The position numbers and the translations under genes are program-made. Source: Deltaproteobacteria bacterium (GTDB taxonomy: Bacteria > Desulfobacterota > Syntrophobacteria > Syntrophobacterales > Syntrophobacteraceae). From it: a stretch of DNA of 64,000 nt. Below, in pieces: positions 58,852-64,000 of this stretch. The stretch is from positions 18,784 through 82,783 of the forward strand of contig JAJXYD010000003.1 of NCBI GenBank assembly GCA_021780695.1, given 5' to 3'. The stretch's first letter is position 1, and every line of letters starts with the position of its first letter. Below the pieces are notes generated by a model, which ran no database searches, was not told where the DNA came from, and saw nothing but the letters and a program-made list of their open reading frames with translations.

Positions 58852-59721
58852 ATGTTTAAAGCTTTAAGTGTTAAGAAAATCAATGCGTTGCGATTAAATC
58901 GCATCTGCCCGCTTCTCATTTTCCTCTTTGTTGTTACGGCTTTCCCCCGGTTGTCCTCGGCCGCCCAGACCTATGTCGGCTGGGATACCGCCTCGGGTCC
59001 GGTGGCCGGCTACGATGTCTATTACGGCACATCTTCTGGAAATTATTCCACTACCTTGGACGTTGGAAACGCAACCACTGCCGCCTTGCAAAACCTGTCC
59101 GCGCCCGTCTACTATATCACCGTGGCCGACTTTTCCTCTGCCGGTGCAATGAGTCCTCTCTCCTCGGAGCTTGTTATCTATGACATGAACGCATCCGCCG
59201 GATCGGGTGGCTCCATTACGCCTTCGGGAAGTTTTTACCGCTCCTCCGGAGAAAGCCAAGCTTTTACCATTGTGCCCTCTTCGGGTTATGTAATCTCCAA
59301 CGTTGTGGTGGACGGAGCCTCTATCGGCGCGGCCGTCAACTATACTTTCTCAAATATTTCCGCCGCTCATACCATCACGGCTACCTTTGCGCCGTCTTCA
59401 ACCCTGTGGCAAAACGCCGTTAACATGGGAGGAGGGTGGATGTCGCTTAGCTGGTTTGGCAAATTCAATATAAGCAACTCTCCCTGGATAGACCAAACGT
59501 CACTGGGCTGGCTCTATCCGGTGGGAACCTCAACGGCGAGCCTCTGGTTTTATGATCCCCAGTGGGACGGCAGCGGCGGGTGGTGGTGGACCAGTGCGTC
59601 GTCTTATCCCTGGATCTACAGCGGTTCCCTGCACGCGTGGCTCTACTTTGACGCGGCCGCTTCCACCCCCTCTTCACGCCTGTTTTGGAATGCTGCCGAT
59701 GGGAAGTGGGAAAAACATTAA
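58852..59721 (+). CDS. secreted protein: FN3-like domain, InlB B-repeat-like domain and a Trp-rich C-terminal region
   Basis: Signal ICPLLIFLFVVTAFPRLSSAA. GYDVYYGTSSGNYS is FN3-like. GGSITPSG...GYVISNVVVDG...HTITATF is B-repeat-like. The tail carries repeated W-x-Y motifs (GWLYP, LWFYD, PWIYS, AWLYF). Confidence 0.6.
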   Translation: MFKALSVKKINALRLNRICPLLIFLFVVTAFPRLSSAAQTYVGWDTASGPVAGYDVYYGTSSGNYSTTLDVGNATTAALQNLSAPVYYITVADFSSAGAMSPLSSELVIYDMNASAGSGGSITPSGSFYRSSGESQAFTIVPSSGYVISNVVVDGASIGAAVNYTFSNISAAHTITATFAPSSTLWQNAVNMGGGWMSLSWFGKFNISNSPWIDQTSLGWLYPVGTSTASLWFYDPQWDGSGGWWWTSASSYPWIYSGSLHAWLYFDAAASTPSSRLFWNAADGKWEKH

Positions 59722-59825
59722 ATACTGCCGAAACAACTCTTTGGTCCACCTCTGATCCTTGATCGGGTGGACCCTCCAATTCGTTTGACTCTCGTAAACG
59801 TTTGACGTAAAATCTATCGCAATCT

Positions 59826-59918
59826 TTACAGCCGTTAGGGGTGTCTGGCATTTGCCGGGCTGAGAAAAAACCCTCACATTACCTGATCTGGCTAATACCA
59901 GCGTAGGGAAATGGCTTT
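59826..59918 (+). promoter_or_regulatory. TPP (THI-box) riboswitch
   Basis: AGGGGTGTCTGGCATTTGCCGGGCTGAGAAAAAACCCTCACATTACCTGATCTGGCTAATACCAGCGTAGGGAA matches the conserved THI-element core (GGGGUG, CUGAGA, ACCUGAUCUGG.UAAU.CCAGCG.AGGGA). Confidence 0.92.
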
Positions 59919-59941
59919 GAAAACGATGTGCTGATTTTCAT

Positions 59942-59982
59942 AAGACCGTTTGCCTTTGGATATTCAAGGGCGCGGTCTTTTT
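59942..59982 (+). terminator. riboswitch expression-platform terminator
   Basis: AAGACCG ... CGGTCTT followed by TTT(C), between the aptamer and the thiG start. Confidence 0.45.
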
Positions 59983-60009
59983 CATTTGTGTCGGATGATC
60001 GGAGAAAAA

Positions 60010-60780
60010 ATGGAAGATTCGTTGATAATAGCCGGACGCAGGTTTTCTTCGAGACTTTTGATCGGTACGGGCAAGTTCTCCAGCGCCGAAGTTATGCAAA
60101 GGGCTATGGAAGCCTCGGGAGCCGAAATCGTTACGGTCGCGCTGCGAAGAGTGGAACTGGATAACCCGCGCGACTCTATTTTAAACGCCGTTGACAAGTC
60201 AAAATACCTCCTGCTGCCCAATACGTCCGGGGCGGCAAACGCGGACGAAGCCGTAAGGCTTGCGCGCCTTGCCCGTGCCGCCGGATGCGAACCCTGGGTA
60301 AAGCTCGAGGTTACTCCGGATCCGCGCTATCTTCTCCCTGACCCCGTTGAAACCCTCAAGGCAACCGAAATACTGGTAAAAGAGGGTTTTATCGTGCTTC
60401 CCTACATCCAGGCCGATCCGATTTTGGCCAAAAGGCTCGAAGACGCCGGGGCGGCCACGGTTATGCCCCTGGGAGCCCCCATCGGGTCCAACCGTGGAAT
60501 CAGAACCCGCGATGCTATAGCAATTATTATAGAAGGGGCTAACGTACCGGTCGTAGTGGACGCAGGGCTCGGGGCTCCTTCCCATGCGGCCCTGGCGCTC
60601 GAGTTGGGTGCCGATGCCGTGCTGATAAATACCGCGATTGCCGTGGCCTCGGACCCCGAGGCTATGGCCGCCGCTTTCAATTTGGGCGTGCAAGCCGGCC
60701 GTAAGGCCTTCCTGGCTGGGTTGGGCGGCTACCGACTGGATGCCCGGGCCTCCAGTCCGCTTACAGGATTTCTCAGGTGA
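60010..60780 (+). CDS. thiG: thiazole synthase
   Basis: ATG after [28 protein letters not shown]...LLPNTSG...[13 protein letters not shown]...[26 protein letters not shown]. Confidence 0.93.
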   Translation: MEDSLIIAGRRFSSRLLIGTGKFSSAEVMQRAMEASGAEIVTVALRRVELDNPRDSILNAVDKSKYLLLPNTSGAANADEAVRLARLARAAGCEPWVKLEVTPDPRYLLPDPVETLKATEILVKEGFIVLPYIQADPILAKRLEDAGAATVMPLGAPIGSNRGIRTRDAIAIIIEGANVPVVVDAGLGAPSHAALALELGADAVLINTAIAVASDPEAMAAAFNLGVQAGRKAFLAGLGGYRLDARASSPLTGFLR

Positions 60781-60784
60781 GCCT

Positions 60785-61909
60785 ATGAGTTTTTATGACG
60801 AGATTAAAAGTACCGGTTGGGCCGAGGTCCAAAAGGATATAGAAAGCCGCTCGGATGCCGATGTCGACTCGGCTCTGGGGACCTTCCGCTCCGGAGGCGT
60901 TGACCTGGGCCACTTTATGAGCCTGCTTTCGCCTGCGGCCGGAAACCATCTGGAAAGAGCCGCCGGCCTTGCCCACAACATTACCCGGCAGCGATTTGGA
61001 AATACCATCGGCCTCTTTGCCCCGCTCTACCTTTCCAATTTTTGCAACAACAGTTGCGCCTACTGCGGCTTTAATTGTAAAAATCCTATAAGAAGACTTA
61101 TCCTGACGCCCGAGCAGGCAAAAGCCGAAGGCCTCTTCATTCGCAATATGGGCTTTCGTTCCCTTTTGCTGGTTGCCGGGGAGGCCCCGCAAGTGGCCTC
61201 GCTCGATTACTTCGTAGAGACCGCCCAAACTTTGAGGCCGCTTTTCCCCTCCCTGGGGCTTGAAATCTACCCGATGTCCGTTGAAGAATACCGGCCTTTG
61301 ATAGATTGCGGAGTCGACGGGCTGACTGTCTTTCAGGAAACCTACAATGAAACGGCCTATGAGTTGTTCCACCTCGGGGGGAAAAAAAAGGATTACAAAT
61401 GGCGCCTCGAGACCCCGGAAAGGGGAGGCGAGGCCGGCTTTAGGCGGCTGGGCCTGGGAGCCCTCCTTGGCCTGGACAACTGGCGTGTTGAAGCCTTCCT
61501 TATGGGCCTTCACGCCAAATACCTTATGCGCAAATACTGGAGAGCCCAGATATCGATCTCTTTTCCCAGGCTAAGACCGGCGGCCGGCGCCTTTGAGATT
61601 CCTCAGGAGGTCTCGGATAAAGATTTCGCTCAGTTGCTGATAGCCTTGAGGCTCTTTCTTCCCGATGCCGGCTTTACTCTCTCCACAAGAGAGCCACCGC
61701 AGTTGCGCGATAACCTCCTTGCTCTTGGCATTACTTCGATGAGCGCAGGGTCTAAAACCGACCCCGGAGGCTACACCCACCCCCAGGCCCAGGACGCTGA
61801 AGCGCAGTTCGAGATCTCCGATGATCGCGACCCCGGCACCGTTGCCGAAGTCATAAGGCAAAAAGGATATGAACCGGTCTGGAAGGATTGGGACGAGGCT
61901 CTTTCATGA
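60785..61909 (+). CDS. thiH: 2-iminoacetate synthase (radical SAM)
   Basis: Radical-SAM cluster motif CNNSCAYCGF. ThiH-like length, and position between thiG and thiS. Confidence 0.88.
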   Translation: MSFYDEIKSTGWAEVQKDIESRSDADVDSALGTFRSGGVDLGHFMSLLSPAAGNHLERAAGLAHNITRQRFGNTIGLFAPLYLSNFCNNSCAYCGFNCKNPIRRLILTPEQAKAEGLFIRNMGFRSLLLVAGEAPQVASLDYFVETAQTLRPLFPSLGLEIYPMSVEEYRPLIDCGVDGLTVFQETYNETAYELFHLGGKKKDYKWRLETPERGGEAGFRRLGLGALLGLDNWRVEAFLMGLHAKYLMRKYWRAQISISFPRLRPAAGAFEIPQEVSDKDFAQLLIALRLFLPDAGFTLSTREPPQLRDNLLALGITSMSAGSKTDPGGYTHPQAQDAEAQFEISDDRDPGTVAEVIRQKGYEPVWKDWDEALS

Positions 61910-62106
61910 AAATCAGTATAAATGGTAAGGACACCGATTATAGTGGAACGCCCGTTTTGGGCGAGCTCCTGCGATCTCTTGGCATTGACCCCGAGCGGGT
62001 CGCGGTCGAGCGTAACCGGGGGATCGTGTCTCGCGCCGAAATGCAATCTCTGCGGCTGGTGGCCGGAGACGAGCTGGAGATAATCAGGTTTGTCGGAGGG
62101 GGATGA
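61906..62106 (+). CDS. thiS: sulfur carrier protein ThiS
   Basis: 66 aa ending in GG (RFVGGG). ATGA overlap with the thiH stop. Confidence 0.85.
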   Translation: MKISINGKDTDYSGTPVLGELLRSLGIDPERVAVERNRGIVSRAEMQSLRLVAGDELEIIRFVGGG

Positions 62107-62792
62107 TGACGGATTGCGATGTTGCCCAAAACCTTGCCGGCGTTCGTCGGCGAATCGAGGCCGCCTGCGAAAGGGCCCGAAGAGACCCCGCTTTGGTAAA
62201 GCTTGTGGGAGTGACCAAAACGGTCCCCGCCGAAAGAATCAAACCGGCAATAGAAGCGGGTCTGGAAATTATCGGCGAAAACTATATGCAGGAGGCTAAA
62301 AGCAAGCGGGATGCCCTGGCCGGCCTTCCGGTCCTCTGGCATTGCATCGGGCACCTGCAGGCAAATAAGGCCAAAATCGCCCTCGAGTGCTGCGACTGGA
62401 TCGAATCGGTCGATAGCGTGGGCCTGGCGGCGGAGTTAAACCGCAGGGCAGGGCTCTCCGGCAGGAAAGTTCCCGTCCTTATCCAGGTAAATATCGGGAG
62501 CGAGGAAACCAAAAACGGCATAGGCGAGTCCGAGTTGACTTCCTTTGTCGAGTCTTGCCGTGGTTTCGAGCGCCTGGAGCTTCGCGGCCTTATGGCTCTT
62601 CCGCCCTTTTTCGATCAGCCCGAACGGGTGCGGCCCTTCTTCCGGCGCATGCGCGAGTTGCTCGATCAGCTAAGGGCGCGGGACGAAAACCTGTGTGAAC
62701 TCTCCATGGGTATGAGCGGTGATTTCGAGGTGGCTATAGAGGAGGGGGCTACGATCGTGCGGGTGGGTACCGCCATTTTCGGGCACAGGTAA
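62103..62792 (+). CDS. yggS: YggS-family pyridoxal-phosphate homeostasis protein
   Basis: LVGVTKTVPAERI..AIEAGLEIIGENYMQEA..K, WHCIGHLQANK, LRGLM, MGMSGDFEVAIEEGATIVRVGTAIFG. Confidence 0.9.
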   Translation: MMTDCDVAQNLAGVRRRIEAACERARRDPALVKLVGVTKTVPAERIKPAIEAGLEIIGENYMQEAKSKRDALAGLPVLWHCIGHLQANKAKIALECCDWIESVDSVGLAAELNRRAGLSGRKVPVLIQVNIGSEETKNGIGESELTSFVESCRGFERLELRGLMALPPFFDQPERVRPFFRRMRELLDQLRARDENLCELSMGMSGDFEVAIEEGATIVRVGTAIFGHR

Positions 62793-62865
62793 AAGTGATT
62801 AAAATCCGGCACAAAGTGGCCGGTATCCCTAAACCGGACAAAGACCCCGGGTATAAATGCGCCCG

Positions 62866-63552
62866 CTATTTTTTCTTCCATATCCGCACCGCTCTGCCGC
62901 GCGTTACCCCGGGGAGCGAGTAGCCGAAATCACCATGAAATTCCATGTCGATCGGCCCCTTTACCTCTTTTACTCCCAAGTCTTTGCCGCCTTGCGGGTC
63001 AAGCACTTCCCACCTGGCGAAAAAACCTCCGGGAGCAAGCAGCCAGGACGCCATGCGGCTTATGTGTTCGGGTTCGGCCCTTAGAGCCCGCATCACAATA
63101 AGTTCAAACTTGTTCCTGTTTTCCTTCTTCTGCCGGAAGTCCTGCCAGCTTCCGTGCAGGGGCGTTATTTGCTCAAGACCCAGCGCGGCAGCGGCTGCGG
63201 TTAAAAAAGTCACCTTTTTCCCGCTCGATTCCAGAAGAACCATGCTGAGATCCCTCTTTACAATCGTGAGCGGGATGCCGGGAAATCCAGCGCCCGCTCC
63301 GACGTCGAGGGCTTTGCCGGCTGAAGGAAGATATTTCGCGGGGGCGATCGAATCGAGGATGTGTTTTACCACTACCTCCTCCGGCGCCGTTATCCGTGTG
63401 AGATTAAAACGGGTATTCCACTCGAGCATGATTTGAACGTGGCGGCTTAGAAGCGCGGCCTGAGCCTCGGTTAGTTCTACTTGCGCCGCCTTGGCCCGAT
63501 CCAGGATCAAATCCGCGAATGCCTCCTCTGACAGAGGATTGGTAATGTCCAT
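62866..63552 (-). CDS. rsmG: 16S rRNA (guanine527-N7)-methyltransferase
   Basis: WNTRFNLTRITAPEEVVVKHILDSI...DVGAGAGFPGIPL. Confidence 0.88.
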   Translation of the reverse strand: MDITNPLSEEAFADLILDRAKAAQVELTEAQAALLSRHVQIMLEWNTRFNLTRITAPEEVVVKHILDSIAPAKYLPSAGKALDVGAGAGFPGIPLTIVKRDLSMVLLESSGKKVTFLTAAAAALGLEQITPLHGSWQDFRQKKENRNKFELIVMRALRAEPEHISRMASWLLAPGGFFARWEVLDPQGGKDLGVKEVKGPIDMEFHGDFGYSLPGVTRGRAVRIWKKK

Positions 63553-63563
63553 AAACGTTAGCC

Positions 63564-64000
63564 TTATTTGCCAATGCAAAACTGGGAAAAGATCCTGTCG
63601 AGCAGTTCCATGTCGCTTGATCGGCCAAGGATCGTCTCGAGCTGCTTTTGCGCATTTTCGATTTCAAAACTTATGAGTTCTCCGTAGGCATTGGACCGCA
63701 GCAGTTCCCCCGCTTTACCAAGAGAGGCAATCGCTTTTTCAAGACACTCTTTTTGTCTGAGATTGGGCACGATCTGCGATCTGCAATTGCTTAGCGGATT
63801 TTGAAGGAAATCTTGGGCAAGACGGGCTTTTAGCCTGTCTAGGTCCTGGGGGTTCTTTACAGACAACCTGATGGCCGGATTTAGCCCTGGAAACCTATCC
63901 GGGATGCTTTCCGGGGGGAAGGCCGGTGGAAGATCGCTTTTGTTTAAAATCACCAGGCAGGGCTTGTCGCCTATGGCCTCGTAGACGCGCCGATCCTCCG
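63564..64000 (-). CDS. mnmE: tRNA modification GTPase MnmE, C-terminal part (5' end beyond the window)
   Basis: The frame is open to nt 64000 (…GDKPCLVILNKSDL, the G4 motif). It ends with the family-typical FCIGK. Confidence 0.88.
   Translation of the reverse strand, partial: EDRRVYEAIGDKPCLVILNKSDLPPAFPPESIPDRFPGLNPAIRLSVKNPQDLDRLKARLAQDFLQNPLSNCRSQIVPNLRQKECLEKAIASLGKAGELLRSNAYGELISFEIENAQKQLETILGRSSDMELLDRIFSQFCIGK

Overview
This 64-kb window reads as an ordinary chromosomal segment of a moderately GC-rich, anaerobe-type bacterium. The gene content suggests Desulfobacterota/Deltaproteobacteria: PEP-CTERM protein, many PAS histidine kinases, 2-oxoacid:ferredoxin oxidoreductase subunits, a DVU0298-like helical-repeat protein and possible selenocysteine use. 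That taxonomic guess is inference only. About 58 protein-coding genes are supported, and most are recognisable housekeeping genes:
- chemotaxis MCP/CheW
- queA-tgt
- a CzcA/CusA-type RND efflux operon
- phoH-pgpH-ybeY-pdxJ-acpS
- cvpA and mazG
- ubiX
- cfa, mtnA and gatB
- sucCD
- manC
- inositol-3-phosphate synthase
- ogt
- thiGHS behind a TPP riboswitch
- yggS, rsmG and mnmE

One tRNA-Pro(GGG) is present. I saw no transposase, integrase, CRISPR array, prophage or recognisable defence genes, so I cannot point to a clear novel multi-gene system.

The observations most worth follow-up are:
1. A small Cys-rich BFD-like ORF (8460..8687) with an in-frame UGA followed by a SECIS-like hairpin, making it a candidate selenoprotein.
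2. A eukaryote-style tandem-duplicated phosphofructokinase whose C-terminal half has lost the catalytic motifs.
3. A translationally coupled MBL-hydrolase/Ogt/inositol-3-phosphate-synthase operon.
4. An orphan porG-porD pair with no alpha or beta subunit genes nearby.
5. A SUKH(SMI1/KNR4)-DUF1269 fusion protein.
6. A ubiX / helical-repeat protein / extended GT9 glycosyltransferase operon.
7. Several structured or unusually long non-coding regions.

All functional calls come from motif and family recognition by eye. No database searches were run.
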